Assembly: GCA_038890155.1 (NCBI GenBank)
Contig: JAWAFZ010000005.1
Coordinates: 505-64,504 of the forward strand
Length of the DNA: 64,000 nt
Direction of reading: 5' to 3'
Origin: Candidatus Caldarchaeum sp.
GTDB lineage: Archaea > Thermoproteota > Nitrososphaeria_A > Caldarchaeales > Caldarchaeaceae
Position numbers and translations under genes: made by a program. A model generated the notes under the pieces. That model did not search any database. It was given only the letters and a program-made list of their open reading frames with translations, and was not told the DNA's origin. Positions 28,418-38,505 of this stretch are shown piece after piece (positions within the stretch are counted from its first letter, which is position 1; every line of letters begins with the position of its first letter).

Positions 28418-29461
28418 GTGAATTTGCTGGACGTAGAGACTGTTCGATGGGACGACAGACGTCGTGAAGTTGTTCTGCTTGATCAACGTGTTTTACCCAT
28501 GCGTGTAAGGTTCGTGCGCTGCAGAACCGTTAACCAAGTTGCTGAATCGATTAAAAACATGACCGTGAGAGGCGCTCCAGCCATCGGCGTTGCCGCTGCT
28601 TTTGGGATGGCGGTGGCGGCTCTAAGGTCGCAGGCCAAGACACGTGATACTCTGTTGAAGGACCTTGAAAAAGCACGACAGCTTCTTGCGTCAACACGGC
28701 CGACAGCCGTAAACCTGTTCTGGGCCCTAGACCGGATGATGGTCAAGGCACAGACCAGCGGCGGCAATCCCGATACAATCTCCGACGAACTATTGCGGGA
28801 AGCTAAGAGAATACTCGACGAAGACGTCCAGATGAATAAAACAATCGGCAGGTATGGTTCAGACTTGATAGAAGATGGTGCGAGAGTCTTGACCCACTGT
28901 AATGCTGGGGCTCTTGCGACCGCCGGGTACGGTACTGCTTTGGGCGTTGTTAGGTCTGCTTTTGAGCAGGGCAAGAAGGTGATGGTTTACGCCAGCGAGA
29001 CGAGGCCACGGCTCCAGGGAGCGAAGTTGACTGCCTTCGAGCTGAAGATGTTGGGCATTCCAGTCGTGGTCATCCCCGACACGGCTGTTGCGTTCCTGAT
29101 GTCGAAGAAGATGGTTGACTGCGTGGTGGTCGGTGCAGACAGGGTTTTGGCTAAGACAGGCCATGTGATAAACAAGATAGGCACTCTCTCAGCGGCCGTA
29201 AACGCCAAACACTTCAACATACCGTTCTACGTTGCAGCACCCCTCTCAACGGTCGACCTGTTCAAGTCGGTCGATGAGGTAGTCATCGAGGAACGGTCTG
29301 AGGACGAGGTACACTACGTAGGAAGAACAAGGATTACTCCCGTAGGGGTTAGAGCTTTGAACTACGCCTTCGACATCACGCCGCCCGAGCTAGTCACGGC
29401 TGTGATAACTGAAAGAGGTGTTTTCAGGCCTGACGAGTTGGAGAAGTTTCTAACCGGCTAG
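28418..29461 (+). CDS. mtnA: Methylthioribose-1-phosphate isomerase
   Basis: LDQRVLP, VRGAPAIG, RPTAVNL, THCNAGALAT, ETRPRLQG, NKIGT. Confidence 0.93.
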   Translation: MNLLDVETVRWDDRRREVVLLDQRVLPMRVRFVRCRTVNQVAESIKNMTVRGAPAIGVAAAFGMAVAALRSQAKTRDTLLKDLEKARQLLASTRPTAVNLFWALDRMMVKAQTSGGNPDTISDELLREAKRILDEDVQMNKTIGRYGSDLIEDGARVLTHCNAGALATAGYGTALGVVRSAFEQGKKVMVYASETRPRLQGAKLTAFELKMLGIPVVVIPDTAVAFLMSKKMVDCVVVGADRVLAKTGHVINKIGTLSAAVNAKHFNIPFYVAAPLSTVDLFKSVDEVVIEERSEDEVHYVGRTRITPVGVRALNYAFDITPPELVTAVITERGVFRPDELEKFLTG

Positions 29462-30067
29462 TCCTGCGAACAGCTCTATCAAGAGTATGAGCAGGACTGC
29501 CGCAAAACCGATGCTCACCATCCTTATCCCCGACTTGAGTACGTCTGTCTTCGAAAACCTGCCCATCATCAACCCCAGCGTGAAGAGCAGTCCGAGACCT
29601 ATCAGGGTTGAGATGTGTGGGGCGATGGGCCTGAGGTCTCCGTAGTAGATGCTGGCTATGTAGGGTGAGAGGATGGTGAGGGATAGTATGAAGGTTGAGA
29701 GTCCTCCTACCAGCGATGCGACCACGGTTCCAACGGTTCCAGCTCTGCCGATTACCGTGTCGCTGACATCCCGCAGCAACGAGGCTTGAAGCTCCTTGAT
29801 AAGCCGCTTCGTCTCGGCGCTCTCGGTCAAGTAGATGCCTGAAACGCCTGAAACCAGCATGGCGACGGACATTCCCAGGCCTGCGAACACGACGGTCGTA
29901 GCCTGCGTCGAGGGGGCCAGCGAAGCCCCCAGCGTGAGACCTACCATAGCCAGAATTCCGTCGAAAGAGTTGCTGAAGAAATACCTCCTAACCGCCCCGC
30001 TCTTACCCGAGTAAGACAGCACGAGGCCCAGCCTTTTCTTAAAATCCTTTAACGATGTCCACAACAT
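29450..30067 (-). CDS. VIT1/CCC1-family membrane protein
   Basis: RRYFFSNSFDGIL, SGVSGIYLTESAE, about five TM helices. Confidence 0.8.
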   Translation of the reverse strand: MLWTSLKDFKKRLGLVLSYSGKSGAVRRYFFSNSFDGILAMVGLTLGASLAPSTQATTVVFAGLGMSVAMLVSGVSGIYLTESAETKRLIKELQASLLRDVSDTVIGRAGTVGTVVASLVGGLSTFILSLTILSPYIASIYYGDLRPIAPHISTLIGLGLLFTLGLMMGRFSKTDVLKSGIRMVSIGFAAVLLILLIELFAGLAG

Positions 30068-30137
30068 CTCGGCCTACAGCAGCATAGGCTGGTGATAGGC
30101 ATCTTAAAAAGAATCCCGTGCAACATATATAAGCATC

Positions 30138-31037
30138 ATGCAGCGGATAAGACTTCGTCTGTTCACGGTCGTGGCTCTCGCCGCAGGCCTATACTTGACA
30201 GTCTACGCCTTATCGCAGCTAGGTCTGCTGCCTTTCAACGCTGAACGCATGGTCTACGTCTTGATCGTCGTCTTCGCCGGAGTTTCCATCGTCAGGCTGG
30301 TAAGCTCCTACACAGTAAGAACTTTCAAGCCGCTCGTGGGACAGCAGGCCGTAGGCGTCTCGCTGACGATCCAGCTGTTGGGATACATCGCAGTAGCCGC
30401 CTTCGTGCTGGGCTCCCTAGGGGTACCGCCTGAAACGGCGCTGGCGGGAGGTACTTTGACAGGGCTCGTCATAGGCCTCGCAGGCCAGACAACTCTGTCC
30501 AACATAATCGCTGGGATAATCATCCTTGTCTCGAGGCCTTTCAAGATAGGAGACCGTGTGGGCGTCATCACAAGCTCGATCCCCTACCAGTGGGCCTTCC
30601 TCCCCGGCTACAAGTTCTTCTCAAGGGACTACGTCGTCCCGGCCTACACAGGCGTTGTCGAGAACATGAGCCTTATGTACACGACTTTGGTGACAGACGA
30701 CGGGCTGGTGGTCAAGATACCAAACAACCTGATCCTTGCCAACTCAGCGATCGCCAACTACTCCGAGGTTAGCGAAAGGATGCGGAAGCTCCGGTACGAG
30801 TTTCCTCTGGACTTCGGCCCCGAGGAGGTCGTTGCCAAGGTTAGGAGCCAGCTGGCCGCTTTCCAGGAAGTGAAGGAGGTTTACCTCGAGGAACAGAGCG
30901 ACAAAACCCACTACATAGTGGCCGTCGTCTTTGACGCTCCGCTCAACACATGGAGGGATGTGAAGTCGAAGATTTTGACAGCCGTCATCGAGGTTCACCG
31001 TGCTATGAGGGCCTCCAGCACCCAGAACAGTTTATAA
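30138..31037 (+). CDS. MscS-family mechanosensitive channel
   Basis: GLAGQTTLSNIIAG, RPFKIGDRV, VKIPN. Confidence 0.9.
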   Translation: MQRIRLRLFTVVALAAGLYLTVYALSQLGLLPFNAERMVYVLIVVFAGVSIVRLVSSYTVRTFKPLVGQQAVGVSLTIQLLGYIAVAAFVLGSLGVPPETALAGGTLTGLVIGLAGQTTLSNIIAGIIILVSRPFKIGDRVGVITSSIPYQWAFLPGYKFFSRDYVVPAYTGVVENMSLMYTTLVTDDGLVVKIPNNLILANSAIANYSEVSERMRKLRYEFPLDFGPEEVVAKVRSQLAAFQEVKEVYLEEQSDKTHYIVAVVFDAPLNTWRDVKSKILTAVIEVHRAMRASSTQNSL

Positions 31038-31063
31038 ATGGCATCGATGCAGGTTGCAGCGGT

Positions 31064-31567
31064 ATGAAGGCTAAGAACTACAGGAGGCCCGAGGGCATGA
31101 CGTACGCTAGGAACGAGTACATCCACGGCCCTCCGCCCTCCAAGATAACAAAGTACACGGCAGGCGTTTACCGAAACGACTACACCCACGAGCTTCTCCT
31201 AATTCCGGAGACAGACCTGCAGATAAGAGACGTAGCCATCGAGTCGGCCAGGATAGCCGTCAACAAGGTCTTGACCGAGAAGCTCAACGACAAGTTTTAC
31301 CTTGAGGTCAAGGCTCACCCCCACCACGTTCTGCGTGAGAACAAGATGATCTTCGGAGCTCACGCCGACAGGCTTCAGGAAGGAATGCGGCGGGCTTTCG
31401 GTAAGCCGGTAGGGAGGGCTGCAAGGGTCGAGGCTGGAGACCCTGTTCTCAGGCTGCTTGTTTACGGCGAAGGCTTGGCGGCGGCCCGTGAGGCTCTGGA
31501 GCTGGCTGGCAAGAAGCTCCCCAAGAAATACTACATAGTCGAGCATCAGCTGGCTCAGAGTGCCTAG
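31064..31567 (+). CDS. rpl10e: 50S ribosomal protein L10e (uL16)
   Basis: IESARIAVN, HPHHVLRENK, ADRLQEGMRRAFGKP; start reset to ATG 31064. Confidence 0.96.
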   Translation: MKAKNYRRPEGMTYARNEYIHGPPPSKITKYTAGVYRNDYTHELLLIPETDLQIRDVAIESARIAVNKVLTEKLNDKFYLEVKAHPHHVLRENKMIFGAHADRLQEGMRRAFGKPVGRAARVEAGDPVLRLLVYGEGLAAAREALELAGKKLPKKYYIVEHQLAQSA

Positions 31568-31979
31568 CTTGGAGGATTTCGCCAGAGCCCATGTGGACGG
31601 CGCAGCTAGAGGAAACCCAGGGCCAGCCGGGTTAGGCGTGGTTTTCGAGGCCGGCGGCAGGGTCGAGAAGTATGGCGAGTATCTGGGCCGTATGACGAAC
31701 AACCAAGCCGAGTACCATGCCTTGATCAAGGCGCTGGAGATTGCTCTCACCCGAGGCGTGAGACGGCTGAAAGTGTTTACAGACAGCCAGCTCTTGGCCA
31801 AACAGGTTAACGAAGAGTATAAGGTTAGGAGTCCTGGGCTTAAGCCTCTCCACGCGAAGGTTGTCGACCTAACCTCCAGGCTGGAGATGTTTGAGATAAA
31901 ATATGTGGGTAGGAGGGAGAACGCCGAGGCCGACAGGCTGGCGAACGAGGCTATAGACCGTGCTATGGGGAGACCGTGA
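31560..31979 (+). CDS. rnhA: Ribonuclease HI
   Basis: VDGAARGNPG, TNNQAEY, TDSQL, NAEADRLAN. Confidence 0.94.
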   Translation: MPSLEDFARAHVDGAARGNPGPAGLGVVFEAGGRVEKYGEYLGRMTNNQAEYHALIKALEIALTRGVRRLKVFTDSQLLAKQVNEEYKVRSPGLKPLHAKVVDLTSRLEMFEIKYVGRRENAEADRLANEAIDRAMGRP

Positions 31980-32070
31980 TGACGGCCTTCTGCTCAGCCT
32001 GCTTCTTGGACGCCTCCCTCATCTTCTTGAGCCACATCTCGTATTCTGCGTCGGACGTGCAGTGGCACAT
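31963..32070 (-). CDS. Candidate 35-aa microprotein MCHCTSDAEYEMWLKKMREASKKQAEQKAVITVSP
   Basis: ATG..TAG ORF fills the intergenic gap; AAG/GAG-rich codons; TATA-like CTTAAAT about 25 nt upstream. Confidence 0.6.
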   Translation of the reverse strand: MCHCTSDAEYEMWLKKMREASKKQAEQKAVITVSP

Positions 32071-32146
32071 GGCTAACAGGGTTCATGCTTGAATTTAAGC
32101 AGTACGTATGAACGCCTTAATAACGTGGATGCCTTGTTTGCCCGAG

Positions 32147-32791
32147 ATGGGCAGGTCTTACAGAATCACTGGCTTGAGGAAAGCTATTGCCGACAGGCTG
32201 GGCTACAGCCTCCGAAACTCCCTACCGGTTGCGTTGATGACCGACTACGACGCCTCAAGGCTCATCGCCCTGTACAACAACTACAAACAAACACGTGGAA
32301 AAGAAAGCCCCAGCATCACGTCGATAATCATCAAGGCTGTCGGCGACATACTCCCCAAGCATCCAGCCATAAACTCCGTCGTGGAAGGCGACCAAGTCAC
32401 TGAAGTGGATGAAGTGAACATAGCCGTGGCCGTCGAGACCCCCCGAGGGCTCTACGCTCCTACCATAAAGAACGTTGAAAGGAGGACTTTATTCGAGGTT
32501 GAGGAAGAGCTGCGTCGTCTGTCGGCGAGGGCGATCGAGGGCTCTATAACGATGAACGAGCTTGCGGGCCACAGCTTCACCGTCTCGAACCTTGGCCACC
32601 TCGACGTGCTGTACTTCACACCAATAATCAACCCTCCCGACGCATGCATCCTAGGCGTCGGAGCAGTGAGAAGTGAAGGGACGTATCCCAAAGGCCACCT
32701 GACGCTGGTCTTCGACCACAGAGTGGTGGACGGAGCTCCTGCGGCGGAGTTTCTGAGGGAAGTCAAGCAGAAGCTGGAGAGCCTCGGCTAG
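32147..32791 (+). CDS. 2-oxoacid dehydrogenase E2-like acyltransferase, catalytic domain only
   Basis: LRKAIA, HPAINS, FTVSNLG, PIINPP, FDHRVVDGA; no lipoyl domain. Confidence 0.9.
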   Translation: MGRSYRITGLRKAIADRLGYSLRNSLPVALMTDYDASRLIALYNNYKQTRGKESPSITSIIIKAVGDILPKHPAINSVVEGDQVTEVDEVNIAVAVETPRGLYAPTIKNVERRTLFEVEEELRRLSARAIEGSITMNELAGHSFTVSNLGHLDVLYFTPIINPPDACILGVGAVRSEGTYPKGHLTLVFDHRVVDGAPAAEFLREVKQKLESLG

Positions 32792-32825
32792 CATGTTTTT
32801 ATTGTTGACGTAGGGGTTCGAGGCC

Positions 32826-33875
32826 GTGGTAAGGTACGTTGCGGTGCTCGCCAGCCACAGCGCCCTCGACGTTCTGGACGGAGCTAGAGACGAGGGTTTT
32901 AGGACAGCGGCCCTAGCCAAGAAAGGACGTGAAACAGCCTACCGGGAGTTTCCAGTCGTTGACGACTTGCTCGTTTTAGACGACTACGTCGAAATAGCTT
33001 CCGAAAAGGTGCAGGAGTGGTTGAGAAGCCTTGACTCGGTCTTCGTCCCCAACAGGAGCTTCGCAGTCTACGTGGGCTACGACCTTATCGAGAGAAAGTT
33101 CTACGTGCCGGTCTTCGGCAACAAGCGGCTCCTCCGCTGGGAGGAGAGGGCTGGCGAGTCAAGCTACTACAAGCTTCTGGACGAGGCTGGAGTTCCGAGG
33201 CCGAGGACTTACAGCATGGAGGACTTCGAGGGCCCCGTGATAGTCAAGCTGCCAGAGTCCGCCAGACGTGCCGAAAGAGCTTTCTTCATAGCCGCAGACG
33301 TGAACGACTTGAGGAGAAAGCTCCAAAACATGCAGAGACAAGGATTAGTTGACGACTCCTCACTCGAACAGGTTTCCGTCGAGCAACTCGTCCTCGGAGC
33401 TCACTTCAACGCAAACTTCTTCAACAGCGTTGTCAGAAACCGCCTCGAGCTCCACAGCATCGACCGGCGGATCCAGTCAAGCCTAGACGGAGTCTACAGG
33501 CTTCCAGCAGCCGACCAGCTCAGCATAAACCCAGCAGTAAGCTACATAGAGGTAGGGCACGAGCCTGCGACTCTGAGGGAGAGCCTTCTTGAGAAAGTCT
33601 TCAAAGCGGGCAGGAGGTTTGCCCAAGCCTGCGAACGCCTCGTCCCTCCCGGAGTGATAGGCCCCTTCACCCTCCAGTTCATCGTCACACCAGACCTCGA
33701 TATTGTTGTTTACGATGTTGCTTTGAGGATTGGAGGTGGGACGAACGTCTACCTCGGGCTGGGCGGTCAGTACAGCAAGCTCTACCATGGAAGGCCTTTG
33801 AGCATGGGTAGGCGTATGGCCGTTGAGGTGAGGGAGGCATGGGAGACCGGGCAGCTGTCGAGGGCTACGACATGA
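32826..33875 (+). CDS. purP: PurP-family formate-dependent AICAR ligase
   Basis: ASHSAL, PNRSF, RAFF, GPFTLQ, RIGGGT, MGRRMA. Confidence 0.9.
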   Translation: MVRYVAVLASHSALDVLDGARDEGFRTAALAKKGRETAYREFPVVDDLLVLDDYVEIASEKVQEWLRSLDSVFVPNRSFAVYVGYDLIERKFYVPVFGNKRLLRWEERAGESSYYKLLDEAGVPRPRTYSMEDFEGPVIVKLPESARRAERAFFIAADVNDLRRKLQNMQRQGLVDDSSLEQVSVEQLVLGAHFNANFFNSVVRNRLELHSIDRRIQSSLDGVYRLPAADQLSINPAVSYIEVGHEPATLRESLLEKVFKAGRRFAQACERLVPPGVIGPFTLQFIVTPDLDIVVYDVALRIGGGTNVYLGLGGQYSKLYHGRPLSMGRRMAVEVREAWETGQLSRATT

Positions 33876-34873
33876 ACATCGTGAAACATTACAACACGGG
33901 GAGGCTGACGATAGCCACGGTGGCGAGCCACAGCTGCCTGCAGATTCTCAGAGCCGCCAAGAAGGAAGGGTTTAGGACAACCGCTGTCGCCACAGCCAAG
34001 ACAGCCCCGTTCTACAGCAGGTTCACGTTCATCGACAAACTAATCACCGCTGAGCCGGAGGATATGGAGCAGCTTGCTCCACAGCTTTTCGAGGACAACG
34101 TCGTGTTCATCCCTCACGGCAGCTTCGTAGAGTACTGCGGCCCCGAAAAAGCAGAGGCGTTCAACGTCCCTTTCTTCGGAACAAGAGGCTTGATCCGGGT
34201 CGAGGCCAGCCAAGCCCTCAAGATGAGGCTGATAAAGGACGCAGGACTGCCGACGCCCGAAGAATACAGCTCGCCCGACACAGTCAAGCCGCCCGTGATA
34301 GTCAAGTTTGACGGCGCTAAGGGTGGGCGGGGCTACTTCATGGCAAGAGACGCTGAGACTCTAAAGGAGAAACTCAGCCAAGTTAGAGGTGGATACGTAA
34401 TCCAGCAGTACTTAGTCGGGGTTCCGGCCTACATCCACTACTTCGCATCTCCCTTAAAGAAAAGAGTCGAGCTGTTCGGAGCAGACATAAGGTACGAGTC
34501 GAACATAGACGGCAGAGTTCTCGGGCTTGCGGAGCCGTCTTTCACTGTTGTCGGCAACAGGCCTGTAGTGCTTCGCGAATCGCTTCTACCCACTTTGACG
34601 GCCTACGGCGAAGCCTTCGCAGAAACAGTCGAGGAAAAGCTAGGGCAAAGAATGATAGGGCCCTTCTGCCTCGAGACCATCATAGACGACAACATGCAGG
34701 TGTGGGTTTTTGAGTTCTCTGGGAGGATCGTTGCCGGAACGAATGTTTACATGGGCGTCGGCAGTCCCTACTCCACGCTCTACTTCGAAAAACCGATGGA
34801 CATGGGTGAGAGAATCGCATACGAGCTAAAGGAGGCCGCGGAAAGAAACCTCCTAGAGCTAGTCACTACCTAA
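33872..34873 (+). CDS. purP: PurP-family formate-dependent AICAR ligase, second paralog
   Basis: ASHSCL, PHGSFVEY, GAKGGRGYF, RYESNIDG, SGRIVAGTN; ATGA overlap. Confidence 0.92.
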   Translation: MNIVKHYNTGRLTIATVASHSCLQILRAAKKEGFRTTAVATAKTAPFYSRFTFIDKLITAEPEDMEQLAPQLFEDNVVFIPHGSFVEYCGPEKAEAFNVPFFGTRGLIRVEASQALKMRLIKDAGLPTPEEYSSPDTVKPPVIVKFDGAKGGRGYFMARDAETLKEKLSQVRGGYVIQQYLVGVPAYIHYFASPLKKRVELFGADIRYESNIDGRVLGLAEPSFTVVGNRPVVLRESLLPTLTAYGEAFAETVEEKLGQRMIGPFCLETIIDDNMQVWVFEFSGRIVAGTNVYMGVGSPYSTLYFEKPMDMGERIAYELKEAAERNLLELVTT

Positions 34874-36149
34874 CCTGGGACTCGACGAACTTAAACTTCT
34901 TACCCCGCTCAGTCTCGATACGGTCCACCACTTTGACGTTATACCTCAGTCCTTTGAACAACAACGCTGACCTTCTTTCAACCTCGGCTACAACTTTCTC
35001 GACGTCGCCGTCGACCATGATTAAAACATCCACCGTATAGTCGGTTTTCTGCAGAACCTTGTACCTTTTGAGACCCGGAACGTCTTGAATCGTCTGCATA
35101 ACTGCGTAGGGCGAGATGTGGCCTCCTCCGGGAATCTTCAAAGTGTCGACTACTCGTCCCTCCACGTTTTTCAGCAGGGGCAGCCCGCGGCCGCATGGGC
35201 ATTCATCATCCAGCGGTGTGGCGATGTCTCCCAGCATGTAGCGTATTATCGGCGTTGCATGTCTGAAAAGGCTGGTGGCAACGACCTCTCCTCGCTCTCC
35301 AGCTGAAACCTCCTCGCCGTCCTTTAGGAATTCCAGAACGACAGAGTCGATGTTGATGTGGTAGGCTGTTCTGTCGGGGCACTCCCAAGCAAGCCCTCCC
35401 ACCGGCGCCACTTCAACACAACCATACCCGTCATAAACCTCCGCCCCGAAAAAGTCCTGCACCATCTTGCGTGTATGGCTGTCGAGAACCTCTCCAGCAG
35501 ACACAGCTATTCTGAAATAAAGCCTCACATCCTTGGTTTCACATGCTTCACGCAAAGACCTGAAATAAGTCGGGTAGGCCACGAGAACGTCCACTCCGTT
35601 CTTGAGAAAATCGATGTGTTTTTCAACGTCCTCAGCCAGAGACAGCCGAGCGACTCGACGCCTCCTAATACCACCCCACAAGCCTGCAACATCAGCCACG
35701 TTCTCCGTGTAAACCTTCTCGGGAGAGCCGCTGACCACTCTCGCTATCTTGTGCCATGGCCTGACGCCGTAGGACCACATACGTCTTAGATACATGCCTT
35801 CTAGGTATGCGGCTGTAGCTGGGTCGTCGAGAACCGCAACAGGAACGCCCGATGTCCCTGAAGTGGTTTTCTTTACGCATTTCCTCAAGTCGATTCCCGT
35901 AGCCGCCCTCTCCTCCAGAGGCACGCTGCGGAGATGCTCCTTTGTCAGGATGGGGAGGGTCTTTATGTCCTTGGTTGTCTCAACCCTAGGAGGGTTAGGA
36001 CCGTACAGCTTCCTGTAGAACAACGTGCTACCGTAAGCATGACGAACCATCGCCCTCAACTTCTCAGCCTGGATGGACATCAACTCGCTCCTGCTCAGCC
36101 ACTGGCTTCTGCTGAGCCAGCGCCAGTTCTTAAGAACCTGAAGCATCAT
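34866..36149 (-). CDS. Phenylacetate-CoA ligase-like adenylating enzyme (CapK-like)
   Basis: TTSGTSG, YGCVE, PIIRYMLGD, CPCGRG, VEGR. Confidence 0.88.
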   Translation of the reverse strand: MMLQVLKNWRWLSRSQWLSRSELMSIQAEKLRAMVRHAYGSTLFYRKLYGPNPPRVETTKDIKTLPILTKEHLRSVPLEERAATGIDLRKCVKKTTSGTSGVPVAVLDDPATAAYLEGMYLRRMWSYGVRPWHKIARVVSGSPEKVYTENVADVAGLWGGIRRRRVARLSLAEDVEKHIDFLKNGVDVLVAYPTYFRSLREACETKDVRLYFRIAVSAGEVLDSHTRKMVQDFFGAEVYDGYGCVEVAPVGGLAWECPDRTAYHINIDSVVLEFLKDGEEVSAGERGEVVATSLFRHATPIIRYMLGDIATPLDDECPCGRGLPLLKNVEGRVVDTLKIPGGGHISPYAVMQTIQDVPGLKRYKVLQKTDYTVDVLIMVDGDVEKVVAEVERRSALLFKGLRYNVKVVDRIETERGKKFKFVESQVR

Positions 36150-36206
36150 CTCTTTCTCTCGAACAAGGCTCCATAGTTTAAATCTTGTTATCCTTCTTGG
36201 TCTCTT

Positions 36207-36986
36207 ATGCTTTTAGCTGCGATGGCAGCGGTCTTGGCGGCCCTCGTAGTTGTCATGGCGGTTTTGTTCTTCTACAGAGACCCTGACCGGAATGTTTTGA
36301 GAGCTGGCGGAGTACTTCTTGCGCCGTCAGATGGAGTGGTCGTCTCTGTCAGACGGTACGCTTCGTCTAGAGCGCCCGTACTCAGCAAGGACGGCAGGAG
36401 CTTTTCGGTGGAGGAGTTTACCAATACAACTCTCCTCGGGTCTGACGGCACGATCATCTCCATAGCCATCTCACCTCTCGACGTTCACACAGTGCGTTCA
36501 CCCGCCGACTCAAAGGTTGTCCATCTATCACGAATCAGGGGCGGGCTGAAATGGATGAAATATCCGGATTTCGAGTACACCAACGAGAGGGTGAGCATGG
36601 TTCTCGAGACCCCTCACGGCCCGGTGGGGTTGGTGATTGTCGCCGCTCCAATAACCTCGTCCGTTAAAACCCTCGTCGGGGAAGAGGACTTCGTGGCCGC
36701 TGGCGGCCGTGTTGCAAGGATCAGGCTAGGATCGCTGGCGTCAGTCTTGATTCCAGACACCTCCCGGCTGAGGCCTGCGGTGTACTGCGGCGACAGAGTA
36801 TTGGCTGGGGTTTCCATACTGGCCAGGCCGGTTGACGAGCATTCCTCCAAACCGCTTGGAGAGTGCTGGCTTGAGAAACGGTCGAAGCCTTCGGAACGGC
36901 TTTTCCTGCTGCCGCTTCTAGCATACGCAACCCTCGTCAACCTTGTTTCCATCCTAGGACGCTTGTTTGCAAGACTGTTGAAGTAG
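36207..36986 (+). CDS. Phosphatidylserine/archaetidylserine decarboxylase family
   Basis: FFYRDPDR, APSDG, DVH..RSP, NER, RLGS self-cleavage site. Confidence 0.85.
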   Translation: MLLAAMAAVLAALVVVMAVLFFYRDPDRNVLRAGGVLLAPSDGVVVSVRRYASSRAPVLSKDGRSFSVEEFTNTTLLGSDGTIISIAISPLDVHTVRSPADSKVVHLSRIRGGLKWMKYPDFEYTNERVSMVLETPHGPVGLVIVAAPITSSVKTLVGEEDFVAAGGRVARIRLGSLASVLIPDTSRLRPAVYCGDRVLAGVSILARPVDEHSSKPLGECWLEKRSKPSERLFLLPLLAYATLVNLVSILGRLFARLLK

Positions 36987-37029
36987 GCCTTTAAGCTTTA
37001 AAAGCGCTCAATCGCTTGATGTAAATGGC

Positions 37030-38505
37030 TTGGCTGTTTGGAACAACTTGAAGCTTGAACAGATAGGCATCGTGGCTAGCCCGGCTTACGAGTCGGAGGC
37101 GATGTGCATCCTTCAGGAGGGCAAGGAGGCGGAGGTGACGACTGAGATGCTTGTTCTCATCGACAACAGGAACGGGAACAAAATCCTAGCAATATGCAGG
37201 TCGGGCACGGGCAGCAACGACTCGTTGAAAACAAACTACTACAACCCCGGCGTGGCCTACGCCAAGAGCGGTAAAGGCCCCAGCACCGCCAAGGAGTTCT
37301 ACGGCTTCAGGCTTGTCGTGGTGGGAGACGTCTCCGACGGCGTGATTAAGCAGAACAGGATGATAATAGCTCCAGCCTCCCCTGTCTACAGGTTCGAGGA
37401 GGGCTTCAACCCCATGCAGTTGTTCGGCAGAAGCAGTCAAACCGTCGGATACTACGCCACGGGAAAGCCTCACTGGAAGATCCCTGTCCTCGTCGAGTAC
37501 GTACCCCACCACATAGGCGTCTTCGGCGTGACTGGGTCGGGGAAGTCCTACTTAACACGGCATCAGATAATTCCGCTGCTCCGTGAAGCAGGCTACGACG
37601 TAATGATCTTCGACTGGAAGGGAAGCGACTACGCACCCTACTACGAGAAAGTCGTCAACATGGGAGACATAGAGCTGGACGACCAGTCTGTTTTGTCTTA
37701 CCTAGCTCAGGCCCTCAACTTTTTCGGAGGCGGGAGCATGGGGCAGAGGCTGGTCAACTACTTGGAGGAAGTTGTTTCTGAAGGCGACTGGCGTGGAGCC
37801 TCGGCCGAAGAGACGAAGAGGAAGCTGTTGAGCAAAATGCTCGAGGTCATAGAGAGAGACAACGCCGAAGCCAGCAGCAAGCGTTGGAGAGACATCTACT
37901 CGCAGAAAGCATCGAGGTACTTCGACAAGCTAAAGGTCGAGGAGCTACATCCCGTGATGGGCAGGACGACAGCTCAGCAGCTCGTTGACATGCTTAGGCA
38001 GAGCCATGTTCTTGTGGTAGACCAGAGCTTTGGGTCGAAGGAGCAGAAGCTCAGCATCTTCCTGTCGGTGGCAAGGTATTTGCGGATGCTGATGGAGGAG
38101 AAGAACAAGCTCCGGATAGCTCTTGTCGTCGACGAGGCCCCCCAGTACTGTCCTTGGAGTCCGAGGGGGTTGGAGGAGGAAACAACAGGGGAGATAATTG
38201 GGATAGCTGCTCTGGGTAGGTCGTATAAGCTGTCCATAGTGTTGGTGGCTCAGGGTATTGCGGGGGAGATAGGCATCAACGCAGCTGTGAGGCGAAATCT
38301 TAACACTCTGTTCATAGGGCGGATACATCCGCTAGACGCCCAAGAGGCTGAGAAATTCTTCGCAACATCCCTTGTCAACGCTTCAAACCTTCTAAGGCTT
38401 CCCGAGGGGCAGTTCTACTTGATAGGCAAGATGAACCCCTCCCCCGTCCCGCTGCTGATGACGTTCGACATCCCGGAGGACGAGAGGGTTGGAGCCTCCC
38501 GCTGA
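37030..38505 (+). CDS. HerA/FtsK-like (DUF87) ATPase
   Basis: HAS-barrel-like N-terminus, HIGVFGVTGSGKS, IFDWKG, VVDEA, GRSY..VAQ. Confidence 0.88.
   Translation: MAVWNNLKLEQIGIVASPAYESEAMCILQEGKEAEVTTEMLVLIDNRNGNKILAICRSGTGSNDSLKTNYYNPGVAYAKSGKGPSTAKEFYGFRLVVVGDVSDGVIKQNRMIIAPASPVYRFEEGFNPMQLFGRSSQTVGYYATGKPHWKIPVLVEYVPHHIGVFGVTGSGKSYLTRHQIIPLLREAGYDVMIFDWKGSDYAPYYEKVVNMGDIELDDQSVLSYLAQALNFFGGGSMGQRLVNYLEEVVSEGDWRGASAEETKRKLLSKMLEVIERDNAEASSKRWRDIYSQKASRYFDKLKVEELHPVMGRTTAQQLVDMLRQSHVLVVDQSFGSKEQKLSIFLSVARYLRMLMEEKNKLRIALVVDEAPQYCPWSPRGLEEETTGEIIGIAALGRSYKLSIVLVAQGIAGEIGINAAVRRNLNTLFIGRIHPLDAQEAEKFFATSLVNASNLLRLPEGQFYLIGKMNPSPVPLLMTFDIPEDERVGASR

Noticed and set aside
32826..34873. Tandem purP paralogs as a novelty
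   Set aside because: Two PurP-family genes are common in archaea.
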